Below are positions 36,390 to 48,599 of a DNA stretch of 64,000 nucleotides, one piece after another. Source of the stretch: Trypethelium eluteriae (Eukaryota); NCBI GenBank assembly GCA_051942245.1, contig JAVECL010000041.1, forward strand, positions 1 through 64,000. The letters run 5' to 3'. Under the pieces are notes generated by a model. The model worked only from the letters and a program-made list of their open reading frames with translations, was not told the origin of the DNA and ran no database searches. Position 1 is the stretch's first letter. The number at the start of each line of letters is the position of its first letter. The translations under genes and the position numbers were made by a program.

Positions 36390-37520
36390 TCAAGCATGAT
36401 CTATCGGTGAAGGTCCGACGCCGATATTCAGACTGTAGACATAGTTCGGTTTCACGATCTTGCTTGTTCCATTATTGAATGGCTCGCCTCTGTTCAGCTG
36501 TGCTGCAGGCATCCAGAGCCGCTGCGATGCATCGATCCACATGGCGTCGACCCAAAGTAATCTCGGATCTTGGATCAGCGTCGTCATGGTACCGTTTGGA
36601 CTGATCTTGATAATCCTCTGGCTATCCACATCGCTGTTGTAGATGTTGCTGTCTGCATCAATGGCAGTTCCGCCGGTGGGTGTGGTGAAAGCGTAAGGTT
36701 CAACATACTGACCGAGAATGGCATTTGAGTTGAGAGAAGAGTTATAGAAGGCTTGGTCTAGCCACTGTGTTTCAATCCGACTCATTCCACCGGAAGAGGG
36801 TTGATAGTAGAAGTAGGTACCATCAGGTGAAACTTCAAGCTGGTCCGCAGACACATACCAAGGTTTACCTTGTGTATAGACGATACGCCCTTCTGCAGAC
36901 ACAGGCATGTATTCCCTGGTCGAAAGGTCACCGTCAAGCACCCGAACCGCGCTGCCGCTGACAAGATCCAGGACAATCAGGCCGGCACTTCCAGCGTCAG
37001 TGAGATACGCTTTGCCAGTGGAGTTGTGGAATCGAATGTCATCTAATAAGCTAGCTGCACGAGTCGCGTTTCCCATGGGATATGTTCGATGAACCTCGTT
37101 TGACTTGAGGTCCACTATGACGACCTTTGGTCCGTGCGGCAGATTTACGGGTGTTCCAAAAGATGTTGCACCCTTGTCCACGACCCAGAGGTTGCCATCA
37201 GGACCCACACGTTGTGAATTAACTCCAAGAAAGTGAGTGGCGGGGTCTTTGTCTTCAGAGTATGAGTTCCATTCCTCGTTCGGATAGGCTGTCGTGCTCT
37301 TATTTGACGGATGATATTCCACGAGTTGGGGACCAGTAGAACCATCCACTCGGGCCAAGACGAAGAAGATTCGACCATCGGGCGTTGTACTAGCCCCAGT
37401 GGTGGGGACATCAAGTACCACTTCAACATTAAGTCGAGAATCTTCTGGGCCGTTATAGGATTGGAGAGCTACGGGACGAAACAAAAAGGCGACCGCGAAG
37501 AACACACACTTCAAGTTCAT
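36390..37520 (-). CDS. Secreted yellow/major royal jelly protein family beta-propeller
   Basis: Intronless; signal peptide from ATG 37520 (MNLKCVFFAVAFLF); LWVVDKG, LDDIRF, AYLTDAG, ADQLEVSPDG, DPRLLWVDAMWI, AAQLNR. Confidence 0.9.
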   Translation of the reverse strand: MNLKCVFFAVAFLFRPVALQSYNGPEDSRLNVEVVLDVPTTGASTTPDGRIFFVLARVDGSTGPQLVEYHPSNKSTTAYPNEEWNSYSEDKDPATHFLGVNSQRVGPDGNLWVVDKGATSFGTPVNLPHGPKVVIVDLKSNEVHRTYPMGNATRAASLLDDIRFHNSTGKAYLTDAGSAGLIVLDLVSGSAVRVLDGDLSTREYMPVSAEGRIVYTQGKPWYVSADQLEVSPDGTYFYYQPSSGGMSRIETQWLDQAFYNSSLNSNAILGQYVEPYAFTTPTGGTAIDADSNIYNSDVDSQRIIKISPNGTMTTLIQDPRLLWVDAMWIDASQRLWMPAAQLNRGEPFNNGTSKIVKPNYVYSLNIGVGPSPIDHA

Positions 37521-39074
37521 GATTGACATTGTCTTCATTTGGCACAACAATGCTGCATATTGAAGCAGAAGAAAGGACCAACCATCAAACCGGGGGCTTA
37601 TATTCTAAAGTTTGCACGTCCCTTACCTACATGACGTCTGTAGCATGGGTGCAGCGTGAACTAAGTATATCAAGCGATCGCAGAAAGACCAAGTCATCTT
37701 GTTGCAAGAAGGATGGCCAAAGGTGAAATCATTTGCCGAGTAACCCTCAACGAGAGTAACTCTGCATCATGACGGAGGGACATGATGTCGACGCAATGCG
37801 GGGAAAAACACCGTCCTACAAATTTTTGCCGCCCGAAGCTTAGCCGAAACTTAATTATCTTCACACTAGAAATTAGTCCAGATTCTACGAGAGAACTAGC
37901 AGCCTCTCTAAAAGAAGTGTTTCTACTCTGGCGTGGAGATACAATGCTTCGATGAAACTTCAGCCTCTTATGTCTATCTGGTGCAAAGATGGTGGAAGTG
38001 GCGTTCATCTGTGCTCCTTGTCGCATGTCTCCGGAGAAATTGAGCGTCCCAAGGTGGTTTAACTTCTATGCCTTTTAGATTATCGTCCATACTTCAATCA
38101 CTGACTGGAAATATGGAAAATGAAAATACTTCACCAATGCAGAACGTGCGCTTTCATCTCTTCTCCTGCATGTCAATCTACATCGTTCGTCTCATCATAT
38201 TAGGGAAACTACAATCGACAAGGCTACAGGTACACGCATGTTAACATCATGCAAACACTCTCCGTGAACATGTCGTTTCGGGTAGGGGTTTCGATTCGTC
38301 CACCTCCTCCCCTCTGGTAAAAGATTAGGATTGACGAGGAAGATGCAATTTAATAGCCGCGAACTAAGACCCACTGAAGACAAGCAGCAGATGTGACTCA
38401 TGACTACAGCACGTTGATTTTCGGCCGAATTCGCAACTTCGACCTCCATTCGTTAGCTGCTACATCATAGGCTTGGCATCATGCCAATTCTGTGTCATAG
38501 CAGTAGCCGCAGCTCTCTGACAGCTAAGTCGTAAGGACACTTGAAGCAAGTCTTGGAAAAAAAGCAGATCTGGGTGCGATCCAGTCGGGTTAAGAACCTG
38601 TCTCCCTAACCCCTTGGTGGTGTAAGAGCTTAAAGTTCTGCCTGCCTCGTTCAATTCAGCAACAGTCTTTGCCCCTGGCTTATCACTGATGCATTGTGCT
38701 AACTCGCTGTGAGCTATGCGTAAAGGAATCACCAAAGGTCGATAGACATAATCAGTGTCACAGCTCAGCTACTTGTGTGCTACTAATCATCACTCGGGTA
38801 GGGACGTAGATGGACTATTGTGTCGGTAGGGCGTGCTGCGCACATATGCTTAAATCTCTGTGCTGCGTTCTATCAATACGTATACATCCACAGAGCATAG
38901 CTGTAAGAATCTGCGTGCAAAGAAATGTATCTGCTCACGCAATACTACACCCGAGCGCCGAAACCTGTAGCACCGACTCAATGGGTATCTCAATGGAAGC
39001 AAAGCACGAATAGCCTGACACGTGATGCACAGCATTTCCCCCGCGTGAGTACACGGCCAAGAAGCTTACTTTTC

Positions 39075-41447
39075 TTAATCCAAACCTTCATCCTCATCTG
39101 TGTCTTCTTCCATGGTTAACTGCGGTAGGTCGAAATTATCATCGTCTCCGTCATCTCCGGCTTTATGTGTGCGCGTGGCCTCGTCTTGAGCGTGTACTTC
39201 GCTTGAAGATGCTACTACGACAGGAATTGGGATAGGTGTCGGCTCTTCTTCTCCACGAAGGTTGGCTGACGACGTTGACTGGTTGAGCGATTCAACTTCG
39301 GGATCAGAGAACCGGACGCGTTTGTATGGTCTTGCCTTTGGCTCTAAGCCTGTGGTAACAGCCTCCTCAACAGTGGCATCCACATTTTCTGAATCAATCG
39401 TGTCTGCCATCGCCTTTGATTGCTCTAAGGGGGTATGAACGCTCTCGTCCTTATCGGATCCACTGCGTGTAGGAAGTTCTGAGCCCTCAAAGCTTGGAGT
39501 ATTCTCCTCTGCACGTTTCCTCTTCCCGAAATCATCTTGGACTGATGTGTTTGTTACTGATGTGTCATTGTCCAGTCTGTCCTGTTGAGCCTCGGCCTCT
39601 TCGCTACTCTTCTGTTCGCTTTCTCCATCACTGTCCTGCTGCTCGGAATAGTCATCAAAAGCTCCATCAAGCCCGGTCACGCCAATACTTATGGGTGGAA
39701 GTCGGGGTCTTAGTATTGCCTCGGACTCTGCGGTTTTTGGAGATGCGCGAAGTAAGAACGGCATCACGCTAGATCTTCCACTGGGATTGAGGACGCTTCC
39801 AACTAACGCTTCGTGATTGCCACTGAGAATGGCTGCTTGATCCATTCGTGCTCGGGAACCTAGAGAAACATTTGGTGCTGGTAGCTTAGCCAAGAGGACA
39901 GGCAATAAGGTCGAGGCTGCCTGCTGTAATTGCTTAGGAACTCTTCTAGGAACCGCACGTTCCTGGTTTTCTTCCAGTACTGCATCTCCGCATTGATCCA
40001 GAGTGAGATCCTGGTTCAGTGCTGAGCAATCCAAGGAGCATTCCGTCATTACGGCAGATAATGATCCTACCAGAGTAGGATTGAGCATTGAACCTTTCTT
40101 TTCGATCAGGATCTTAATAAGTCGATACGATGTAGCTTTGAGTAACAAGTCCAATTTCTCAGTATCAAAGATTCTGACTACGTAGCTCAGAAAGTCAGTC
40201 GGTACGGAAGATAGAAGAGGCGCCCCCAGACGGTCAATCATCGTGATAAACAAGTCCAATGCCGAGGTATGTAATGATGGCAGGTTTTGCAATAGTCCTA
40301 AGAGTTCATCCCTTGGAACTGCAGGATTATACAGATTGTCTTTACTCAGCTTTTCATCCTCGGGTGAGGGGACTCTGACCATGAAAACTCGAGTCAGTAA
40401 GGTCAGAACGAGGCCGATCTGTCCGTTGACAGGCGTAGAATTGGACAACTTGAAGATGCATTCGAGGAGCTCCAGAATGTGCTCAAGTCTCTCGCAGCCT
40501 GCTCGTATACCCTTCCAACCTGGAAGGTGTAGAGGATCTGAGCCGGATTCTAACTCTGTCCCGATTGGTCCTGGAGAAGATTTTGCTTGCCTATCGCCTC
40601 GCCCAAGTTCAATCAAGCTCCGAAAGACAAGATCTGCGGTCACATGCGCACTTTCCACGGCTACGGAGACAAGGGACTGCCATTCTTCTGCGGCTGCAGC
40701 CTTTGGCGCGCAACGGTGTAGCCGAACAAACAGGTATTGTGCTGACTTACGGATGTTCCCCGTATCTGAATTACTGCTGTATGCGATCTTGGAAGTCGGG
40801 ACAATTGAGAAGCGCAAAAGGTCCTGCAGCTGCGATTGGAAAGGTCGGAAGGTAGTCGGGTGTAGAGGTAGTAAATGATTGAATGACTCAAGGATCGACC
40901 AAATCACTGAAGAATCACCAATATTCTGTGTGCTGTGCTGCTTGACAATGTCCAGACAAGCTGCAATGAAGGGAGGTAGTGAGGGTGTAGTGAGCTCACG
41001 AGTCAGTTTAGGCAGGTCATGAGTTAAGATGAAAATGCGAGTTAGGGCCAGAATGGTCAACAAATGAATTGTCGAAGGATTGGATTTGGAGAGGAGAAGG
41101 AGGAGATTCTTGACCCAGGTACTGTTCCTTTGTAAGATATTGAGTCCTCCACACTCAATGGTAGCTTTAGTGAGTACGACTCCGGCCCAGCGACGCTCAG
41201 GACCTCGATCTTGCAGAAATGCAGAGAGCTGAGTTGTAAATCTGTGGACTGCGAGAGCCTCTTCAGAGCCTTTGCCATCTTTGTGGCCCAAAGGCTTCGC
41301 TAATAATGACGAGCACGTGGCAAGGTCACCTGCAATGTGCGGCACTATGCGGAGTAGATGCTCCTTTGGTGTTGTTGAAAGTTGCTGGCTTGCAGAATGA
41401 AGCAACGCTGTTGGCAATAATCTTGCCTGTGATTTAGAGTCTGCCAT
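39075..41447 (-). CDS. rix1: Pre-rRNA processing protein RIX1/PELP1-like
   Basis: RWAGVVLTKATIECGG, LTRELTTPSLPPFI, HPTTFRPF, EAILRPRLPPI, acidic C-terminal tail; intronless. Confidence 0.88.
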   Translation of the reverse strand: MADSKSQARLLPTALLHSASQQLSTTPKEHLLRIVPHIAGDLATCSSLLAKPLGHKDGKGSEEALAVHRFTTQLSAFLQDRGPERRWAGVVLTKATIECGGLNILQRNSTWVKNLLLLLSKSNPSTIHLLTILALTRIFILTHDLPKLTRELTTPSLPPFIAACLDIVKQHSTQNIGDSSVIWSILESFNHLLPLHPTTFRPFQSQLQDLLRFSIVPTSKIAYSSNSDTGNIRKSAQYLFVRLHRCAPKAAAAEEWQSLVSVAVESAHVTADLVFRSLIELGRGDRQAKSSPGPIGTELESGSDPLHLPGWKGIRAGCERLEHILELLECIFKLSNSTPVNGQIGLVLTLLTRVFMVRVPSPEDEKLSKDNLYNPAVPRDELLGLLQNLPSLHTSALDLFITMIDRLGAPLLSSVPTDFLSYVVRIFDTEKLDLLLKATSYRLIKILIEKKGSMLNPTLVGSLSAVMTECSLDCSALNQDLTLDQCGDAVLEENQERAVPRRVPKQLQQAASTLLPVLLAKLPAPNVSLGSRARMDQAAILSGNHEALVGSVLNPSGRSSVMPFLLRASPKTAESEAILRPRLPPISIGVTGLDGAFDDYSEQQDSDGESEQKSSEEAEAQQDRLDNDTSVTNTSVQDDFGKRKRAEENTPSFEGSELPTRSGSDKDESVHTPLEQSKAMADTIDSENVDATVEEAVTTGLEPKARPYKRVRFSDPEVESLNQSTSSANLRGEEEPTPIPIPVVVASSSEVHAQDEATRTHKAGDDGDDDNFDLPQLTMEEDTDEDEGLD

Positions 41448-41786
41448 TGGTTCTTTGCATCTCGTCTGGTGACACGTTGGGTAACGTGGGAAATAATTGA
41501 GATCGGATTGTGGAAAGATAGGTACCTCGCTACCTTATGGAGCTGCCGAAGAGACCGGCGAAACTATGGCCCGGGTTAGAGGTATTGTTTGGCTGTCATC
41601 TAGCATCCAAGTACAAATTTCAGCACTCGATACCGCATTGTTGTTTCTGCGCGAACCCAGGGCAGACGCCTCAATTTCTGGAACGGTTTGAAGTCATGTG
41701 AACGCCTGTCACGATGCGTCTACTCGTACCTAATACAGACACGCCGCGGTAGCACAAAGTTCTTCTAGAACGGCACGGCTCCTATT

Positions 41787-44700
41787 ATGGGCGACTCAGC
41801 TTCTTTAGACCCCGTCGGGAGCCAATTGAGAGAAGTTGGCAGTCTACTGACGGGCGAAAATGGCAAAGCTGCTCGTTATCTGAAGGAATTAGAGCAAGCC
41901 CGTAGTCAGTGTCGTTGGAAAGACATTCCAGAGCTCGCCAGGAAAGTTCAGAAGCATGCACCAAATCGACCATGTAAGGCGCTTTTATTCGTCGAGCTAT
42001 CCCATATTAACGAAGTTCATCATGCAGTACTGGTCCTTGCCGAGCGATCAGAGGTTCAAGTCATCGATTTCCTACGTCAACGATCTATCACTGCCTTGAC
42101 ATCCACGCCTACATCTGGAATATCAAATCTTATCCTTCCTCTTCGTGATGCGCTAAATGACCATGGGGCCTGTTCATTTGATAAACTTCGAGCGACTATT
42201 ATCCTTGGCTGGATTCATTGGATTTTGAACGAACCAGAATCAGCCCTTGATCGATTATCAACAATTGATTTGGCCGCCATCTCAGAGGATGGGTTGAAAA
42301 ATCAGGATGTAGGGGACAGCAAGCATAGCACTGTGATTCAAGGATATCTACTGAAGGGTGAGAGCTCGAAGATTCTAGGGTTGAATAGTTCGCGAGATTG
42401 AACATGGCTTATTGTCTGTAGGCACTACACAAGAAAGTACTGGCAGGTCAAATGAGGCAATTGGTACATATATCGCTTCTTTACCGTACCTTTCGTCAAT
42501 CATTTCGCTCAGTACAACATCGAAGGGTGCTTATGTCCTTGATCCTCAACTTCATCGCTGGGCCGAGCAAATTTTCAGTCGTCTTTGCGGTCTCCTGAGT
42601 CAGCGCATGCAGCATCTACCAGTGGATGAGCAAGGTAAAGCTCTAGAGGCTTTTCGATTGTGGGCTAAGTTTTGCCATTATCAGCCCAAAGCTGGTCTCG
42701 TGGATGTGACTGAGACTGGTATTGTGAGTGGCGTCAAGCGTCGTGACGTATGGAAGGCCTACTACGATTCCTTGTCAATTGTTCTCACCCACAATGCTCA
42801 ATCCTCCCAGATTGCTAGTAGCTTTTCTGTTGGACCAGCAGATGCTGAAAAAACAGTCGTGACTGCTCGTCGAGCCCAACGCGCTGAGTTAAAGCGGATT
42901 GAGACCTGTTACGAGTCATTGCTTTTGGAAGAGACCACTTTCCCAAAAGCAATTCAAAGGAATGATGAAGTAGAACGATGGGTTGAGGCAGTCATTGCGA
43001 ATTGGCGAATCTTCTGCGGACCGACCTGGCAAGACGAAGAACTTGGAGAGGGTGGCAAAGCTGCTGTGAGCAGAGATGTGCTCGAGGTAAGCCATGATCT
43101 CAACTTCTGATCTGTACTTTATTCTCTATAATTGACTGATCAAATCTTTGTTCCCAATAGATCCTTTACCGTGCTGCAACCAAAACTTTTCATTCAACTC
43201 AGATACTGAGGTACCTGTTCATAGTGCACAAGTCTCTAGCGGAGTTTGACCTTGCTTTCAAGGCCTTCAATTCATATATTGATCTTGTCGACAAAGGCCA
43301 AGCACGTGCAGAGAAAAGTGGCGAGCGGCAACCTGACCTAGATGACGACGACACCGTCCTTCTTACGGCAGCTGAGGCAGTGAGACTTCTGTGTCAGTAT
43401 GGATCTAGAGCAGAAGTGGAAAAAGCACTCGACGTGAGCCAAAAAATGGAGCAATGGCTTTCCAAGAACAGCGTTTCCCCGCAAGCAGCTCGAGTCGCTT
43501 ACCGCGCTATGGGTGTTGGTCGCGCGCATTGGGCTCGCGTCACATTCGAAAACACATCAAGATCTGCCATTCAAGGTGAAGGTATCCAGTATCTCAAAAA
43601 GGCAATGCAATCTACTTTATCAACAGAAGAAGATTCAAGAACTGCATTTTCCCTTGGCCTGCTACTCGCAGAGACAAGAGATCTTTCGGGCGCCATTGAC
43701 TTGATCAAAAGCGTCATAGCAGATTCCAATGGTAACGAGACCGATACAACAACAGGGCCCATAGAGTCAGAGCAGCCCAGTTACGAAAACGAAAGAAGGC
43801 TTTGTTCGCTCTGGCATTTGCTAGCACTGCTGCTGAGTTCCAAATCCGACTTTGCAGCTGCTGAAAGATTATGCGATGCTGCCTTTGATCAATTTGGCGA
43901 CTATGCAGATTTGTTCGGACAAGTTGAGTCGCAAGATCAAGCTAGAAGCAACGGAGAGGTTATAGAAAAGGACATGGCGTACAAAGACTCACCCCAAACA
44001 CCCAGAGGCGTTGTGGATCGAATGGAAGTCAGCGAAAAAGAGGGTATCGTTCAGATCAAGATAACGCAGCTTGCACTATTAGAGGTGATGGAAGGTCCGA
44101 CCGCGGCAATCGAGGTTTCCCACGAGCTGCTGGGTCTCTTTCGGCGACTATTTGGAGACCCAACACAACCTAATCTCCTGACTCAATCGCAGGGCCTCGA
44201 ACCAATGCCGAAGACTTCATCGAGTACAGTCAAAAGCTTTGGTGGCAGTATACTTGGGCGACCAAAGACCTCTCGAAGGAAGCTGGAGAGGCATCCCACC
44301 ACAACAGATAAGGCAAAGACAGCAAGTCTCGCATCCAGGCCTTCGACAGCGGAAGCTCAAGTAATATCCCCGCCTTTGATTAAAGTCATTGGCGAAGACG
44401 GCGAAAGGTCGGAGGGCACACCTTCTCACCGACATTCCCACCTACCTTTTCGAAGAAGCCCTCATGCCGAAGAGACACCCCAGCAAGCAGACTCGTCCCG
44501 ACCAAAGAGCTACCCAGCCTGGAAACAAGGGAGCGACAACCAAGACACCCAGAAGGTCGGCATGTTGGCCAATCCCAGCCCTGAAAAAGGCACTTCGGTT
44601 CTACCTCAGACGAGCAGTGGTGAAGAGGTCCAAGACAGGTCGAAGACCGTTGGAAGACCCGACCAGCTCTTACCATCGATTCCCCATAATATGCCACCAA

Positions 44701-45623
44701 CGATGGTACCTCCCCCAGCCGGCCACTCCGACCAACCTCCACGACAAGATACTCGCTTACCGTCTGCGGTCCCTGGGCGACCACAGCAGATGCCAGAGCC
44801 TCGCTTTGCCGTTCTACAAGCATGTCGTCAGAAGACTTCGTTGCTTGTCAAAGTATGGCTCTTCATTGCCGGTCTCTATACGAGGGCTGCATTGCTGGAG
44901 GATGCGAAGGGTGCTATCGATGAAGCTCAGAAGCTTGTAGAGGGGCTAGAGATGCAAGTCTCACAGGAATCGTCAAGCAGCAAGGCTTTTGCCGAACGTG
45001 GCTGGGGTTTGGGTCAAAGTGTGGACGAGCTTTGGGCTAATGTGTATGCCGAGGTAAGTCCTTTGCCCTTGTATGTCAGGATTAATGAAAAAGACAGCTA
45101 TGCTGACCGTCTCCAGCGCGGTGCTGTCGCTGAAGCTCAAGCAGCTCCTCACGAAGCTCTCACCTATTACGACCAGTCTTTGGCGCACTTCACAGACCAT
45201 CCAGCAGCAATTGTTGGCCTGTCTGGCGTTTTACTGGATATCTATTCTCAAAAAATCCCTGCGGAGCCTCCCGAGGGAACATTTTCTTCGACTGCGAATA
45301 CGTTGAGACCTGCTTCTGCTCGGAAATCGGCAGATGGCCAAGATGGGGGCGACGAGTCTCCACATCCCACACAAGATGGAGACTCCCCCGAGGTGCTCAA
45401 CCGTGTCGCCGCTCGCGATCGTGCCTATCACTTGCTCTCCACTTTAACGAAGCTCGGCACCGGTTGGGACGATTCTGAGGCTTGGTATATGCTTGCGCGC
45501 GCGTACGAGGAGAGTGGTCAGATAGACAAGGCCAAGGAAGTGCTGTGGTGGTGTGTGGAACTTGAGGATGGTCGACCGCTGAGGCATTGGAGGTGTGTTG
45601 GGACTGGCAGTTTTGTTTTATAA
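41787..45623 (+). CDS. ypp1: YPP1/TTC7-like TPR protein (filamentation protein Rhf1-like; 5 exons)
   Basis: ARSQCRWKDIPELARKVQKHAPNR, ILYRAATKTFHSTQILRYLF, KVWLFIAGLY, GWDDSEAWYMLARAYE, WWCVELEDGRPLRHW; four introns. Confidence 0.88.
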
Positions 45624-47068
45624 AGGAGGCCAAGAGTTGTCACATCTCATTTTTCTGGCGGTCAGTTTCATGCAGGCTTGCTTATACCCATTGTAGAATA
45701 GTTGGTACCTTCATTCCACTAAGGAAATCCAACCACTGTGTGAGCGGCATAGCGGAAATCATTCGGAAGGAAGCCCGAGGCAGCGCAGCCAACCACATCG
45801 TGCTGAACCGTTTCCTTCAAGAGGCTCTGCGAAAATTGACCGCTCCACGCAGAATCCACGGGCATGTCTCTCGGCCGCGAAGGCAAGGTCGAGGTGCGGT
45901 GAGGACGAATGGAGTAACTCGTGTGCCGAATAGAGTCTAGCCGCGTAGGGCTGACGACTGCATTTTGTGATGGCCTTCCGACCAGAAATCACACCACATC
46001 GCCTGTCCTTCTTTTTCGCCGTTGATGTCTCTCTGCCCGTATCATTGGGCGGACATGATGGGGCTCCAGGCAGCCGTAATCGGTCAGACCTACTGCAATA
46101 TCAAACTTTGCAGCGCTCTCACCCAATCGCAGCCTTGGTCTGTCATCTGCAGCCAGCCAGCAAGCGTTGTTTGGATCCGCGTCATAATCCGCCGCCTAGG
46201 CTGGAAGTGGATCGTGCCGAACCGAGTGCGTGGTACAGATACGGTTGCGATTGTGACAGGACGCTCTGCTCAATCTGGTAGACCTATATCCGGTCTGGTG
46301 TCCGGGCATGTGGGACGCCATGGGTAGTATGTTGGGATCTCCCGATCTTACAGTACGTTTAATGACATTATTGACGCATTTCACTTGCTTTTTCAGAGAT
46401 CGCTTTGTCTCTTCTTCCATCTGATTCATCCAGAAAACGCTCTGAGTAAGCCGAGACCGGAGGGAAACACTGTGACATTCCAGGGGTAATAGCCGACAGA
46501 TAGTATGCGTCGTTCTACTGGCTGTCTCGGTAATGATATTCAAAAGCCGCCATACAAGGCGAGGCTGTAAGGTATGATGCAGCAGCATCATGCTAGAAGC
46601 CGCATAGGGGCCAGACGATCGCTACAAGCTAAGGCAAAACGATTGAAAGTGCGGTACATCCTGCAAGCATGTTATGATGTTTCGTGGAAACGGCTTTGCA
46701 TATGTGACCAGATGTCTCGCATATTTGATGGCCTTCAAGACTCTGCAACTGTGTATTCGTCTTCCCTGAGGTTCACTCTGCCACCTTGTTCTTGGAGAAT
46801 TCGATTCTATATTTGATTTCTAGGCCATCAAGTCGTGAACTGTTAGAGCCGCATCTGTTCCTTTGAGCTGCGCTCTTTTCGCCTTTGAAATCATGTCTGT
46901 CCTCTGTGCTAACCCTCCTGCGAAGGGTCCCCCAAAATGTCAAATGGCATGCCACCAACTTGCTCTAGTCCAGTGCATTATTGACAACAGATCTCAAGAG
47001 CCTCTCCTCCTCTCACTACAAGCAGCCTTACTCCATCACTGTCCCTCGAAGTATCCTCCTAATGCATC

Positions 47069-47377
47069 ATGTGCATCCGTATCATTGAGAAATATCCCGG
47101 CTGTGGTTGCATCTACCACATACACAACGTCGACCCTTGCCGTTTATACGGAAGACATCCTATCGAGGAACGTATAGTCTATGTTGGCTATTCATGCCCA
47201 CTCCATACTGGAAATCGCAATAGCTTGACCAACAGTTTGTCTTACTTCCGGTGGCAACGCAAGATGAAGCATATTCGATCCTGCGGATCAAGGACCAACC
47301 AGTTGCAGCAACTCACTGCGGCGCAAGCATCACAAGGAGCATTCGACATGGCTTCTAGGGGAGAGGAATACTCTTGA
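47069..47377 (+). CDS. Small Cys/His-rich hypothetical protein (MCxxxxExYxxCxC..DPC..H..VGYxCxxH)
   Basis: ATG with A at -3 after a CT-rich leader; the first 46 aa resemble a pattern I recall from unannotated Pezizomycotina microproteins. Confidence 0.65.
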   Translation: MCIRIIEKYPGCGCIYHIHNVDPCRLYGRHPIEERIVYVGYSCPLHTGNRNSLTNSLSYFRWQRKMKHIRSCGSRTNQLQQLTAAQASQGAFDMASRGEEYS

Positions 47378-48356
47378 ATGAAGGTACAGTGGATCAAGTG
47401 TGTTTGACGGCAATGAACATCAGCGGTGGGGACGAAAACTCTCGGCCCCGAGGACAAGGTGACAATTTCCGGCTCAACATCCTACTGCGACCCTCATGGT
47501 TTGCAAAAAGCCATGGTAGGACCATCGAAGAGATCCTCAACCGGCTTTTGTTTGTTAGTCTATCAAGGTTCTCGCTACCGTCTCTAGATATAACTCTAGA
47601 TCTTAGTGCAACCGGATCTGACCGATATATCGACTCAACGTATTTCGGGGCCGCAGCATCGCTTACTCGAGGGACCTTGGGAAAGGTCAAATATGATACC
47701 GAACAGCAGCCAGTAGAGAACCTCCTCAATAGCCCTTTCGAGCATTTTTGCAACCCATGAGGACTCGCAACAATATTTCTTATTGCATCTCTTGTCGCGA
47801 AGGGGGATGATACTCATAGTATGACCACATTGCGCTTACTTCCTTGTTGAAAGGCGCCCTGGAAATATGAAACTAAAGTATCGGTCACCTCTACAAACAT
47901 CCACATTTCCTGTCGCCACCCCTTATCATAAAGGATGGTAGACTCATAGCACGATCCTCTATACGCCAGTCTCGTTACGCCTCACACACATCAATCTACC
48001 TTCAGTCTTGCGATTACGAGAAACTCGACTCTTATATCTCCAGTGTCACAGGCTTCTGTACAAGTCAAGATAGGTGTCGGATTGGAGAGCTTCTGTTGGA
48101 GCCTGCTGTGCAACAGAGTATGTATACGATTCATCATGATGCTATTTGATAGTTCCCATTCCACAGCTGCACTTCCATGGCTAAATAAGCCGCTCGAGAT
48201 CAGGCAACCTCAGCACTTAATCTAAACTCATCGCTCGTTTTCCATCCATCAATCTGCCACATATTTCATCTCCTTTTTAGGTTCCATCGAAGACTGATTC
48301 ACTCGAGGACCAGGTTATAGCAGCTCCTTCTCAAGCGCTATCCCATATCACCTTTT

Positions 48357-48599
48357 CTACTTCCCGCCATGCTTGGTGTTGCCGTTACCGCCATCTTGAG
48401 AGGGTTTCTTGGTGTCATCAAAATGGTAATCTTTCCCCTCGAAAGGGTTGGTTCCACACTTAGGACATACATCATTGACAAAGCGTGGAGAGTCTTTCGG
48501 AATCCCGCACGCGATACCGCTGCCGATTGCTGGTACGCACCAATCGATTTTAGACTGGACGTGTTCGCAGGTGAAGATGCTAACGACTTCTTTGCACAT
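48357..48599 (-). CDS. Small Cys-rich hypothetical protein, 80 aa (MC-x8-CxH-x7-C-x9-C-x13-CxxC)
   Basis: ATG 48599 in aagATG context; MCKEVVSIFTCEHVQSKIDWC..IAC..VCPKC followed by a hydrophilic tail. Confidence 0.6.
   Translation of the reverse strand: MCKEVVSIFTCEHVQSKIDWCVPAIGSGIACGIPKDSPRFVNDVCPKCGTNPFEGKDYHFDDTKKPSQDGGNGNTKHGGK

Noticed and set aside
38460..38735. Isolated short intergenic ORFs (also 19430-19953, 27347-27613, 46022-46591, 47374-47760, 49232-49423)
   Set aside because: Mostly non-ATG starts or no recognisable family, and no coherent splice model
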